A DNA stretch of 64,000 nt from positions 18,600,001 to 18,664,000 of the forward strand of contig OZ365118.1 of the NCBI GenBank assembly GCA_977030845.1, given 5' to 3'. This document shows positions 21,009 through 35,040 of the stretch, one piece after another (the stretch's first letter is position 1; every line of letters begins with the position of its first letter). The position numbers and the translations under genes are program-made. This DNA comes from Fimbriosthenelais zetlandica (lineage: Eukaryota). The notes under the pieces were generated by a model. It ran no database searches. It worked only from the letters and a program-made list of their open reading frames with translations, and was not told the origin of the DNA.

Positions 21009-24000
21009 ACTCTATAAACTATAAACTGTATGAACTATAAACCCTAGAACTCTGTCTCGTCATGTCGACCTTATCCGTTCATTTATCATGGATTATTTTG
21101 TATGATTTTAGACATGTTATTTTGCAATAAATTTCATAACAAAAATAACCCAAGTGCAGACTAAATATTTAGATGTCATTTGATATCTGTGTGGCCCCAG
21201 GAGCATTGGTTATTTCTACGTTATTATATCATGATGTATTTGTATAGGCTGTGTTCCTATCATAATGTCAAGATCTGTCAAGTGACATCTAGCTGAGTTT
21301 AGGAATACTAACTGGTACTAAGGTGATTGTAGTAAGCTGGAAGTGATGCTAATGTCTGAAGACAGTGTGAATTTAATTTGGTCTCAATTCCGGACACGGG
21401 GAGGATTTCACTTCCGCTGTTCCCTGAGCCTCCTCCTAGCGCCATCTATGTAGACGGAAGTCAACTTAGGTCTAATTCATTTAGTCTGAGCCCACGTGAT
21501 CAGAGGTAGGCCAGCTGTGATAGGAGGAGAGGTAGCCAATGAGATGTCTCCACAGTGGCGTCCCCTGCTGATTAGATTGGACACTTTCAGACTAATTTTG
21601 TTGTAATCTGATAGATGTGTGAATTATACCATACAGAGAATGTGAACAAACTAATTAGCATGGATAGGCTACCCTCGATCTACTCTACACTATTTTCATA
21701 CTATATTTGACGAAATGACAATATTTTGAAATGAACAAATACTGTATAAGATTGCCAGTAGTATATAATTAGTAAGTAGAGGGAAATACTTCCTGATCCA
21801 GTCAGTAAGAGCGAGTATTTCTATCACTCTGCTCTCTCCATCTCTCTGTGCCTTCATCTCATGTAAAGTGGTTTCTGATTGGCTGAAGTATTTGGTGATG
21901 GATGGCCTGCAGGATGTAAAGCCTGCTCTGATTGGTCACGCAGCGTGTCGGACATGTTGGATGTATTCGGAAATCTCCACAAAGGTGGATGGGAAAGTAA
22001 TCCTGTCCTCGAAATATCTACAGGTGTTTTTACATGGGCTGATATTTATTTCACCTGGCTGGAATATTTCCCTTTGTGAGATGGAAGTTGTGTACTTATG
22101 TTATAATATTTGCCATGCCTACTCCACCCCCTACACCCCACCCATTACCCACCCCAACCCCCGCCTCTTGTAATCTATACCTCCTCCATCAGCCTCATGT
22201 TTTTTGTTCACGTCTCATCAAACTTCAAAGAGAGTATGAAGTTAATCCTGTAAGAGTTAGCCCAGGAGTTAGCTGAGAGATTAGAGCCTCTACTTGACCT
22301 CTACCTGACCTCTATATACCTCACCAGCTGACTCTTTATATCTAACGTCACTGTACGTCTGTCACCATGGTGATCTAGCGTACTGTGACGTCACTGTACC
22401 CTACTTCTTCATGGAGATCTGGTGTAGTACTTTACAGTCTGTCCACCTTTCCCATAATGCATCACGGCTCCTCCATTGAATGTTATAAGAGGTACTTCCT
22501 GTTCACCACGTGACAGTCAAGCGACCAATCAGAACACAGCCTGATATAGAGCAGAGATTAGTGAGTAAATCACCAGGCCTCATCCTGTTACACCAGTCCG
22601 GATTAACGGCCGATTATAGATTAAAGGGATTAAAGTGAATTCCTCCCTCTACCCTGTAATCTCCTACCGTCAGAATGAAGCAGAAATAAAGGAGTAAAGT
22701 GGATATATTGATGACTAATGCTCGATCCAATTTAACCTGCTATTAGTCTCCTACATGACTATAGACTCCTCTATTGACTGCTGATAAAGCCAGCATTTAT
22801 ACCATCCTGTGCTCGGGTTATTATTCAGGTACATGCTTTGTAGGTCTATGATGATATCTACGTTTTTATAACATTTATATTTATTCGAGAGAAATGCATT
22901 TGTTGCTGACATTTCATAAAGCCTCCATACAAGGATAATGTTCAGTTACAAATATGATCTCACACACTCTTATACCATATTGCAAATGATATAGGCTTAT
23001 TCCATATTGTAAATGATATATAGGCCATGTTGCAAATGATATATATAGGCTTACGCCATGCTATAAATGATACAGGCCCTGTTTCCTCTTATCACTGTCC
23101 GTTCATGTTAATAACCGTTAACAGACTTGTTGATGTAGGTGAAGCCTGGTGCACTGGTTGACTCCAGCCTTCATCCTGCCTCTGTGTGGAGGTGTAGGGT
23201 GAGAGTTGAGGCTGTTTGTACTCATTGCTTCCTCTTCTACTAAGTGTTCCAATCTAAACCATTAGGACCATGTATACATCACCACTACTCCTCCAACTCC
23301 CTGCTAACTTCTCCTATACTGTGATGAGAATGCCGGCTACAAGTGTTAGAGTGCTAAATGGTGCTCTCTGCAGGTCTACAGAGATCAACAAGGCTGAACT
23401 AATCTTCTATTGTGCTGAACTCCTAACTAACTATTTGAGAGTTCCAGTCATTTTGATAGCTGATAGCTGAAGCTAAAGCTGCCATCTCCGACTCAAAAGT
23501 TCAGGGAGCTACAGAACTATTAAGTAGACTTTCTATACAGGGCAGAAGTTTCTACTTTATTCTAAATGCTCATTTTAAAAGCATTTTTGAAATCATGAGC
23601 TATTGCAGTGAGCAGTGGCCTGGGGTGGGGAGGTGGGGAGGTGGGTCCGGGTGTATGGAGGGTAGGGAGGCGGGGGCGAGGAGCCAGCATAGTAAAGCCC
23701 CCCGTGAAGTCTGAATGCCTCTCATTAGACTTTAGACTTCTGGTTTCCCACCAGGAAACATGGCTTCACTGACACCACTTGTACATGTCAATCTATAGAG
23801 GATATACGCGTCAAAATACCATGAATCATCATGTATAAAGTGGCTATATTTACTCTATCTGCTTCTCATCTCATTATAACTCATACATTTATACATTCAT
23901 CGTGACAGTATGAGCAGGTAATGAGGGCTATACTGTATTATACTCTGATGAAATGATTTTAACGATGCTCTTATAGCATGTCTGGTTCAGAGAATATCTA

Positions 24001-27000
24001 GGCCTATCATTTACAGTATAGCAGTCTCTTCTCTTAATTATTTCTATATTAAATCAGAGCTACAGGCTTGTCTGTCCTTCCTCCAGGCATTATAATAGAA
24101 CATATGTGATATTAATTAAATAGCCTACCCGCCTATGATATCACTGTTATACTGTCCCTGATGTTAGTGCTATTCACCATATTAAATCATGAAAGTTAAG
24201 TTACCTTGCTTGGTGTGAGACGTCTGTAGGGCCAGGCGTTATTCAGCCATCATCCGGGAACTCATCCTGGAATCTTCTCCTCTCCATCTGCCCGCCATGC
24301 CACCTGGCGGAGATCATTATAAACACTAGAGGCCTCAGGACTGACGGAATCTAATGACGGCAGAAATTAACACAAAATGGCGGCGTTATGCCTCATGAAA
24401 CCTATCCGTTATTACCGCCATCTTGTCTCCTCCTAATTTCCTCCCATTCTCCGCCAATTATTACCTGATTGTTTTATCTTCCCCCTAGCGGAGCCTGATT
24501 AAAACATAAAATGATGTAAGGATCATCCACCAGGGGCTGATGAGCGGTTGGGGGCAGGTTTAGGAGAGTGAGGAGAGGAGGTAAGAAAAGCAGGAGGTCA
24601 AATGGAGGTCATGCCACCTAGTGGACTAAGAGAGGAACTACAAAGTAGTAAAAGCTCCTGCCCTCCAGCGAGAGAGAGGAGAACTAAGGAGGGGTCTCCC
24701 TGCTTGTCCCTTACAGCACAAATCATCTCCCCATTACAGCACGATGGGTCTCCTCAAAAAAGTACATTTAGTGTAGGGATACCTGAAGGCGGAGGGATAT
24801 AGCGGCGAGGAGAGCAAAAAATAGTGCGCGCATTGAGAGGTGAGGCAACTGTGGTGTGCCGGGGGTGTATTACTGTACTGGGTGTGTGAGGCGGCCGCTA
24901 CATAGCGCTGTAAGACGCCCGCTATGTAGCGCTACCCCGCGGTCATATTCTACATCTTATTACAGCCCCACTCTCAATGCTTACAGGCGGAATATTCCCC
25001 AACTAAACGAGCCTTACACAAGCCCTTCTTTACTTTGTTCCGGGCTTTTTGATCTTGTTTTATCTTCATACAGGCTGCTGTTTTATGTCTATATTTTAGA
25101 CCTCTCATCCCATTCACATCCCCTGCACCTCTGACACCGCCATATTGCCCTTTATCTCGTTTCTCTACTTGTGACCTTTTTATGCCGCTTTCTTCTTCTA
25201 CATGTACATTCTTTTATTACGCCAACCTCAGCTTTTAACTGCTGCTCGTTGTTTAGTGCCGTCTGTCGTTCCAGACGATTTAAATGTTTTTCCTGCCGCC
25301 TTCAGGAATGAATAGACACGTACATTATGACGGTTTTACGTGCATCAAAACTGCCCCTTGCAGTCTTAAGTTACCCACACACTAATCAGCTTATCCTGCT
25401 CCATCCCATAGCTGTCCCATACTATATTTCTGTTCACACCCAATTCAAGTCCCTTACACCTAGGTAGGGGTAACACTGACACAATTTCAATCATTGGATG
25501 TCATTAGAAATGGGGAATCGGATGGCGACGGATTGGCGAATCAGATTAGTGTGTGATGGGCACCGTTAAAGCATCTTGTATCCCCATGAAGGGAAATATT
25601 GTCATCCTAGAAGAGCCCTGATAGAGGTGAAAGGTCAGTCTAACTGACCCTGGTGGCGAACAATCACACTGCTCCAGGCCTTCATACGAGACGCCTTCAC
25701 GTCCTCCCCTGACGTCTGTGACGTCACCATCAGACGTCACGACTAAATGTCAGCCTGCTGGTTAGATTGACAATTACCCTCCCGAGGTCTCTCTCTCTTA
25801 CCAACCCGTGAAATGGGAATAAAAGTGAATAGTTGACGGAGGTTTCGTGCCGCCATCTTGTGGCAGAGTAATGAATTACCATCTGGTCACATGGTAATGG
25901 TTCTTGTCTGCTATTGGTGGGAAAGGTAACCAATTAAAAGTGTAGATGAATGTTTTGGGCTTGATTATGGAATTTGAATGTTGGTTGGGGTATAGGGGGT
26001 GGGGGATTGTGTGGATGGGGTGGGGTGCATTATGTTATTATGAGGGATATGGGTGAATCTGAGCAGGAGATGGACCTGAGCAGGAGATGGATGAGTTTGA
26101 GGCACCCTGAGTCTCGGATTACAGACTTGACATGGGAGAGTTAGAGGACAGAAGTCAGGTCTCTGTCTCATCCATCCTCCTCTATACAACTCATGTCTAC
26201 CCCTCCTTTTATCCTCGTGTTTTATCTATCAGTGGTTTTTCATTATTCAATCTTTATTTGTAATGGTGATGAATGGATGAACAAAAACAATGAGACGTGA
26301 CTTAAAGTCTGCCTTGTATAAAACCATTCCTTGTCTCCGCGTCTCGCAAGTCGTCATTCAACGATTCATTCTTAAAGTTTCAACTGACGAACTTTAGATA
26401 TAATATAAATAATCATATCTAACATATCTTTATAATTAAACCTATATCATATATCCGTGCCTTGGTTCAACTATTCAACATATAAAGGACATAGACATGA
26501 TTATTTTTCTCTCCTCGTCTCTCATTATTCCATCCTCCCCTCTGCCACTTTCCCAACTCATCTCAAACTTTTCCCATCATGCATTTCTGGCGGGGAGGTA
26601 ATCACTCCCCCTATTGTCGCCTACCTCACCTCATGCCCGCTCTCCACCAATCACATCACACAAACCCTGTCACGTGCGTGTTGGCCTTCATTTAAACAGA
26701 ATACAAACTTTGCCAATATGAGTTTTTTTCCCAAAGAAATCTGCCTCCAATTTCTTAATACTTTTCCTGGATTCGTTGCTGCCGGGGTAATTGGTAAAGG
26801 CTGGCCTCAGGCTCGTTCGCTGCTGCCTTCATCCCATGCCTTAATACCTGTACATGTTAATACATAGTAATATGAGAATCTCCATACCTGACATTACTCT
26901 CACTCTCCATGCACTACTAACATCATGTACTACTCACGGCTACCCCAGCTCTCTCCTCTCCTCTCCTCTTCTCGCTTCTGTTTTTACGCTCTGTTTTTAA

Positions 27001-30000
27001 TGCTGAACAAGAGAAGAGTCGTGGTATATTCTGCTTCATGTCACCCCATTCTTTCATAGCCCACCATAGGGCGCCTTGACGCTAACATCACTATTTTACA
27101 AACATCACAAATTAAACTCGCTTAGTTCCGACTGCTGCCACTGGGGGCAGACGTGTAGACCGGAAATGAGTGTATAGGGATGTCCCCTGGCGGAAGTGAT
27201 GAGGCATTGTGGGTAGAGGAGACGAGGTGCATTGTGGGGAGGGCGTGTGAATATTGTATCAGAATGAGAGCAGTGCATTCTGGGTAGAGAAGGAAGTTGG
27301 GAAAAGACAGATGTGGAGGTCGAGAAGAGACACGGAATTTTGAGATTTTACTTTTAGTTTTGAGATTTTACTTTTAGTTCACTAAGTACTAGAATCTCAG
27401 TGACACGGATTCATTCCTCATCTGAGCCTGTGTGATGGAGTTATTTGTTATTTATAACTTTAGTTGTTAATATTAGAATCTGTGTGAAATGCATAATAAG
27501 TAGACTCATATATAAGTTAAACATAGAAGGCCTTACTTCTACTTTCCATATACTACTATATATTGGCATACATATATATGCATATGCAGGACACATAGTG
27601 AGAAGTCCAATACATCCAAGTGAGAAATCCGTCCATCTATAACGTGATACAAAAACGTAATTGACAATGGAACGTCATCTAGATTTCACATTCAGGACGT
27701 GGCTCGCTCATTTAGTCGTGAATTGGCAAGGAATGGGTTTTGAATCACCAATATGCGAGAAGTCATTCATACAATCTGCCACCTCGAGGATGGCTTCATC
27801 ATGTAGCGTAATCAGGCGCCCTCCCCAGCCAACCCCCAGCCTCCCCATCACCCCACCCCCACATCACACCAGTTATTGGTAAAGATTACCTCACGTATAG
27901 CTTTCCTCGCTCACCAATGTGCGGCTAAATACGGCATTTAGAATGTGATGGCTTTAACATAGAAGGTGTGAGTGAAGGTGTGGGGGAACCACATGGGAGG
28001 TGTGAGTCAGGTGGTTGTGGGAGAGAATGCTGGTTTAATAGCGGGAATGGAGACGCACGCTGTTAGCTAAAAGCTGGGTTTTATTACATTTACCAGCGTG
28101 CTACCTGAATAATATAAGGAAGCTGTGGGGTGGAGGGAGCATGTCTGAGGTGGGTTGGGATTTCCTCACCCGCCTTATACCACACAGTAAGAACTTTCAC
28201 ACACCAAAAGCCGAGCAGGAATTTAACAATGATTATTGATTGTAAGGAGTGGTCATTGATAAAGGAATGAATGGGGCTTTATTTTACCAGCAGGAAAAAG
28301 AAACGAGTCATGGACTGACCTTTACCTGAGTGAGCCTCAGGTAATATCTGACCAAAGGCTGACCACTGAATGACCACTGGCTGAAAGGTCCGTACACAAA
28401 GCCAGGTGGACGAGGCGTGCCCTGGAGCGGTCCTCTACAAGTGGTCAGATCCTGGCCTGGCAAGCGGTCAGATCCCGGCCTGGCTAGTGGTCAGATCCTC
28501 GGTGAGCGAGTGGTCAGCTTTGTCAGGATGTAAAGCATCTCTATATATTATTACTTCAAAGGCTCTTATCTTCTGACTTAAAAGGTAGAGGGCAGACAGT
28601 CACTGGCACTGTCTGTACAACTCATTCTGTAATACATGGCAGGTTATCCCACTGGTCAGTTGCTCTGTTTTTGTCAGCTTATTGTGCTCTCTTTTCTGAT
28701 CATTTTCCGGCCACTGAGAATAGAAGTGACAGAAAGGTGTAGGCTAAATGTTTAGACATATATAGAACCTTAGTTCATTGGCTGAAGTACTGGAAGTGTT
28801 TGATTCAGCAAATCAAGAATAAAACAGAAAAAGGCCTTCCTGTGATCCATAGTATATCAACAGGTGTGGTGTCCACATATACCCCCTCCTACACACTTCC
28901 TCCTCCCATTCCTCCTTCCACCACCCACCCACCCATCCCCCACCCATCCCTCACCACATATAGCATCATTGGTGCCGGTAAACTCCATCAATCGTTGCCT
29001 GTGAGTTTGGTGGCCAGCAGTAAAGCATGATTGATGTCTTTCGTACACGGACCGATGCTTTACTTTACTAAAGTTTACAGTAAATTACTTGAATTACAAT
29101 CCTTGTTTTTTCACCTGTGTGAACTATAGAAGCTTTCAAGGTGCGGGAGTTGGTTTGAGAATGATTATTTTTCCGGTTATTAGTTCCCTTGACCCCCGTC
29201 CCCTCCATCATGATAAATGTACATGTGAAAAAAGAGGGCAGCACAAGACTTCCGGTGGCACTAGTCATGTGACCGGATGTACGGCCGCGCCATCTGGTGT
29301 CTGCCGCCCTGTGTGTGCCCACGTGATCTACCTGCTTCCTCCCATAATGCATCTTGTCTGTCTGTGTGTCTGTCTGTGTGTCGAGGTGTCTGTCTGTCTG
29401 TCGTCATGCTACCTCACCGTCTGGTGTCTGTGTCAGCATTCACGTCACCATGGAGACTATTATTAGACAAAACATGACGTCACCAATCAGTATAGCGTTC
29501 AGTACAGGCCTTGCTTTTGATATGTAAATGTATAGCCTCGCTTTTCTGGTGTTCATTATGTTTTTATCTCAGTTTTAGTGGGATATGACATTATTTACGC
29601 CGCCATTTTGTCTATTCATGATGAAGGACATTAATGAAGGTTGTATGTGACCTGCCTTCACCCAGCAGCTGGCCACTTCTGCCCCGCTTCCCCCATCTAC
29701 TCACTTACTTCCCCTTGTAAATTAAACCTGCCATTTCTTCTTTCTGACTCTTTTTATCTGATGAAATATGTCTCAAAATGAAAGCAGAATCATTTCCTTA
29801 TTCAGCTAAATCACGATCGTTCACGTCTACAATGACAGAGTGCTGCTGATCTAGTTTGGCTCGGTGACTAGGCCTACATGACTTTTTCTATTAAAAAGTC
29901 AAAACTTAGAGAAAAATGTTATCAAACGTGCAGCTTTCCTCAATCCTCATCAAGGCTTACTTCCGACGGAAGTTGAGATTGATGAATTAGTTGTAATGTT

Positions 30001-31120
30001 GGCCGGCGTGTGGCGCCAGTGGTGGCATCCATCAGACTGAGTAAGGAATATCTCACCTCCCAATGTGAGCATCCATCTCACTGTCCGCTTTTTCCTCTCT
30101 AATACTGTAAGCAACTATGCTACTGTACATAAGACTGTAGAACTGTTCACAATTGATCCTGGTAGAGAAATGTCTACATCTACAGATGCTATATACTGCT
30201 CTACTTGACAGAGTTATTGGATGTAAGTTACATTATCCTGACACTTGTCAAAGTGATTTTAATTGATGCCTTAAAACTGACAGACGCTGATGACAGGCTG
30301 GCTAATTGCTGGGGGGATGTCTCAGTCTGCCTTGGTCAATGCATTGTAGCTTTAAGATAGTCTTAAGAGTCCTCTTAATCTTCTGCAATGGTAGGAATGT
30401 ATCAGACTAGTGTCCAGCATCTTATATGGCCTGTGGGCAGTGATGATCACTACATACTATATGTAGAAAGCTCATGTGACTAAACCATCTCTCTATAATC
30501 GTGATTGACTGAGATAAAAATTGTAAACTTCTCCTCATGTCAGGAGGAGTGGTATCAGTGACGTGGTGGGAGAGCTGCGTCTGTGAGAGAACCCGGATGA
30601 AAGCTCGCATGATGTGCGGCTTCAAAATGTTCTTTTTTACAAAAGAAAGCGCGCGAGGAGATTGATGCGGAAAGGGTCGCGGGTTCCACTCCTCCCAACA
30701 GTCATTCTCATTCTCTCTGTCGCCACAGAACCACAATCCAGACTCTTGTTAGAAAAGCTTTTAATTTTGAAGATGGATTACTTTACCAAGTCTCCATCGA
30801 TATTCCCGCACCCTGTAACATGAAGAAGGTCTAATACTGGAGATAAAAGAAAGCCCCGTGTGGTTAGTGGAGGCGGATTACTTTATATTTCATTAGAGAT
30901 TTGTAGGAATGATTTGGAGAATCAAAGTGAGGTCGGTTAGTAGGACCTCCCACCCGGCACTCTCCTCACTATAATTCCGTCTTCTCTCACTCCAGTCTAT
31001 CACCTTCCGTATTCTCTAATATTTTTATTGATTTTAATCTGTCAGCTTGTAATCCAGCATGAAAGTGGTGAGATAGCATCATGTAGGACGGCAGACTTTG
31101 AGGCTGTTCTTCCCTCCGTC

Positions 31121-31437
31121 TTCACTCCCTGTTAGGAGTGGGTCTATAATTCACTCCCTGCTTGGAGTGGGTCTATAATTCACTCCCTGCTAGGAGTGGG
31201 TCTATAATTCACTCCCTGTTAGGAGTGGGTCTATAATTCACTCCCTGCTAGGAGTGGGTCTATAATTCACTCCCTGCTAGGAGTGGGTCTATAATTCACT
31301 CCCTGCTTGGAGTGGGTCTATAATTCACTCCCTGCTTGGAGTGGGTCTATAATTCACTCCCTACTAGGAGTGGGTCTATAATTCATTCCCTGCTTGGAGT
31401 GGGTCTATAATTCATTCCCTGCTTGGAGTGGGTCTAT
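31121..31437. repeat. 29-bp minisatellite (~11 copies) with an internal 6-bp inverted repeat
   Basis: Unit ttcactccctgctaggagtgggtctataa; CACTCC-6nt-GGAGTG forms a hairpin in most copies. Confidence 0.95.
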
Positions 31438-34400
31438 GAGAGGGTTCTGTAGGAGATAATAAGCTGTATGTTTTATTGCCATCTTCTATAATCACTGTAC
31501 TTGTATGGTACAATGTTCTTACATCATCAAGTGTTTATATGATTGATTATCATCTATAAACGCGGAGAAGCTTCTCTCACCACTGAATATTAATCTATAC
31601 GTTATATCATAACTTGGCTTGTTATCAAACTCCAGACACACTCATATGACCGTTGCGTTTTGTTGACCAAAATCACAGGTGAAATATGCAATTATCATGT
31701 AAGAGCCGAAGCGAGGGACGATTAATGGACATATTTCATCAAGTTTTGAGGTAGAAGTTGTGATATAAATATTGATATGGCGCTCTCTAAGCTAGAGCTA
31801 TAATGTGTTATTGGCAGGCTATGAACGCCTGTCACTATGTGACATATTAACGTTACTTTACCTGTCATCAGTCAGCTGGCGGTGTAAGGACGAGGTGTCA
31901 GGTATGACTTTAGTTTTAATACCGTCTGATATTTGATGTTTGATGGTAGGCAGGTCTGGTGTTAAACACAGTGAATGCTGGCATCACACCTCCACGACCC
32001 TCACCCCTCCAGATATATGTCAGTCTATCCATCTAACATTTTATACCCATAACTTGAGGTCTCAGGTGGATGAAGATCCCACAAACTTAGTTATATCACT
32101 AATAGCATCATGATATTAGACAAGTCTGACGTTGATCTTTCATTTCTTTGATTCCCATGGAAAATAAGTCTTCCTTTACTTCGCCTCTCGCCTTCTAAAT
32201 CTAGCGCCCTTTCAGTCTTCATTCTTATTGGACGTTTTAGATCACATGACTGTTGTAATTTCCACCTGGTTTATGACGTGTGACTTTGTGATTAACCAAT
32301 CAGGGGGAGGGGCGGGATGATGGGAGGACAGGAAGATGAGGGACAACCACTTCCGGTTTAGGTGAATCAGTGGTGCGTGTGGCAGGCGGCAGAGGTCGCT
32401 GTGGTGCATGCGGCAGGCGGCAGGGGGAGTTTTTACTGAATGACGCTATGGATCTTTATTATACAGTCTGTATGTCATATAGCCTGAAGTAAATAAGTTT
32501 GCCGTCTTACACCTCTCATTACTGTCACACTTGACTGTGTGAGTTTCCTTTTCCAAACTATTCCAATGTCCTTTGGTATTATGTTACTTTGTAATTGGTA
32601 TAGGATTACATATATCATGGAATTTAGGTCCTCCATCCCTTCTTAATTTGTCCTCCTACATGATGAAGTGTAGCCAAGGTCACCCTAGCTTAAATGGCAA
32701 CAAGCCAGACACAGAGGAATCCTTGCCGCAGGGCCGCAAATACAGATAATTAATCTCATCATTTCAATGAGAAAAATAGAGTAAAATCAGGTTAATATGT
32801 GTTCTGTGATTGCGAGCCATGTTAAACAAGATGGTAGACAGAAATTAGACACCTTGTATTCGGCTCCTCATTCAAGCACCGGAAGTGGTGATTATTGTAA
32901 CCGGAAGTCAGCCGATGGGTCATTAGTGAACACAATAACCGCCTGTCCCGCCCTCCTTGCCCGTATTATCGCCCAGTCTCACTGAAAATACATATTAGGA
33001 CGGCCACAGCTAGCCAATCAGAAAGCAAAGAGGATGTAGGCTATAATGGCGCCTCTTAGTGATGCTACTATGTAGCCTACATAATGAAAAGGCTGTTATT
33101 ATGGTTGGTACCATATGAACTATGATGTTGGCCTACAATTAGGCCTATATCTGACCCCTAGCCTGTCTCTTACCCAACCCTCGCCTGCCTCTTCCCCTCT
33201 TCCCAACCCTCGCCTGTCTCAGTTAGTCTCTTGTCTTTTATTTCCTGCCCGCTTGGTGGCGCGTCGTTCAAGGTCATGTAATTGACCTTGTCAGCAGACC
33301 GCGCGTTACTGGCGTCTCTCACCAGATGGCGGTGACGTCTATGTCTGTAGGAATGCTACAGGACGGAATCTAGCCCCTTATTTATTCATCTCTGACTTTT
33401 CTACCAGATTTTAGTCCATTTCCTCTTGTTAGGACTTATTTGAGTCAATTTCCTCTTGTGGGAACGTATTAACGGTATGTCCTGGGGCTGAGAGGAAGGG
33501 AGGAGGAAGAGGCGGGGAAGGTGGGAGGAAGAGGCTGGGAAGGTGGGAGGAATAGGGAAAGATGCGAGCAGAAATAAGAGTCAATAATCATAGGAAGATA
33601 GAAGTGGAAGATATGTTCCCATGTTTCATTACTCAATAGACATGCATTGTAATAATTTTCCATATCAGTAAAAACTATTTTCTTTTTAATCTTTTAAGGA
33701 TCGTTGAAGACGAGGAGAACTACAGGTGAGAGGAGAAGAATAGAGAGGATCACAGACTGATCTCCTTCACGAGAAAAACTAATGACCGGAGAAGGCAGAG
33801 AGCTGGACAGAGGCGGGATGACCGAGAGGTGGACTAGAGGAGCTGAGCTGGAGGTAGGACGATTCACCATATCTATTCTCTATATATATATCATAATCAT
33901 CTTTGACCACTCATTACCAGTTCTATAGTATATATATATATCTCTCTAAGTTTCACCAAAACTTTCTTGGATTTCACAGAAATACAGCATTACAGCATGT
34001 GAATCCACTAAAATTCGCAAGTCCTTTAACATAGGCTGTAATATGGTCACTATATGATGCATCTGGTCTTTCACAAATTAATGTGGGCCACCGACCACAC
34101 CCTACTGTTTTAAAGGCGTTAAAAAAGAAACTTGCGAACTTTTGAGATGAGCCTATATATCCTGACAGATGCCTAATGAATGAGCTCCCACTATAGCCTA
34201 TTATAAACAAGCCCCTACCCCCCTCCCACCACCCCCACTCATACATATTTCATCAAGACTTTGTTAATATCTAATTTCATTTTATACCACTTTGTCACCC
34301 AGTATAGCTTTTTACCTGTGCATACTAGATGAGACTAATTTCCAGTGATTTTTATGTCATATTTTATTTCCCACCTGTCCCCTACCACCCTTACGACCCC

Positions 34401-34844
34401 CCCCCCCCCCTCCCAACCGACCCTCCACCCTCCACACCCACCTGCGCTGGAACAATGGTTTCACTCTCCATTGTTCACAGAAACTTGACAACAAAAGTCC
34501 ATCTCCCTTTTCACCTTCCTTTTCTTTTTTGACCTTTTTATAAGGTAATATTTATTGGAGTCACTTGTTGAGAGATGTCAGCTGCAAGTGTGCGGCATTT
34601 GTTGCTGCTGTAATGTGTGCTGGGGAAAACAAAGGAGAACATAATCCCACACCTTACAATCCTAACCTGACCCCCTGCTTTCTATCATATCAGCGTCCTG
34701 ATAATATATCTATATGATATCTATCTCCACTCCCCGGCTTTATCATAGAGACATTTCGTGTATTTCACCCATTTTAATCTGCCTACATTTACTCGGGTTA
34801 CCTTCCTGGGATCTTCGGTCTATATTTCTGTGGGATCTCCCCCC

Positions 34845-35040
34845 CCCCCCCCCCTCCATCTCCTACCCTTACCCCGGGCAGGCTTTATAATAATCATTAT
34901 ATAAAGCTGTTACTAACATGAGAATGTCAGCTTCTCTCAGCAGCCACCCCCCCCCCCCCCATCTCCTACCCTTACCCCGGGCAGGCTTTATAATAATCAT
35001 TATGCTGTTACTAACATGATAATGTCAGCTTCTCTCAGCA
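34845..35040. repeat. Local direct duplication (~110 bp, 2 copies) with poly-C heads
   Basis: poly-C-catctcctacccttaccccgggcaggctttataataatcattat...aatgtcagcttctctcagcag occurs twice in tandem. Confidence 0.85.

Noticed and set aside
24896-24931. 12-bp inverted repeat cgctacatagcg / cgctatgtagcg
   Set aside because: Too short and isolated to assign a function.
31121-31437. CRISPR-like array (29-bp palindromic repeat)
   Set aside because: Units are contiguous with no unique spacers, there are no cas genes, and the context is eukaryotic. The same applies to 61381-62125.
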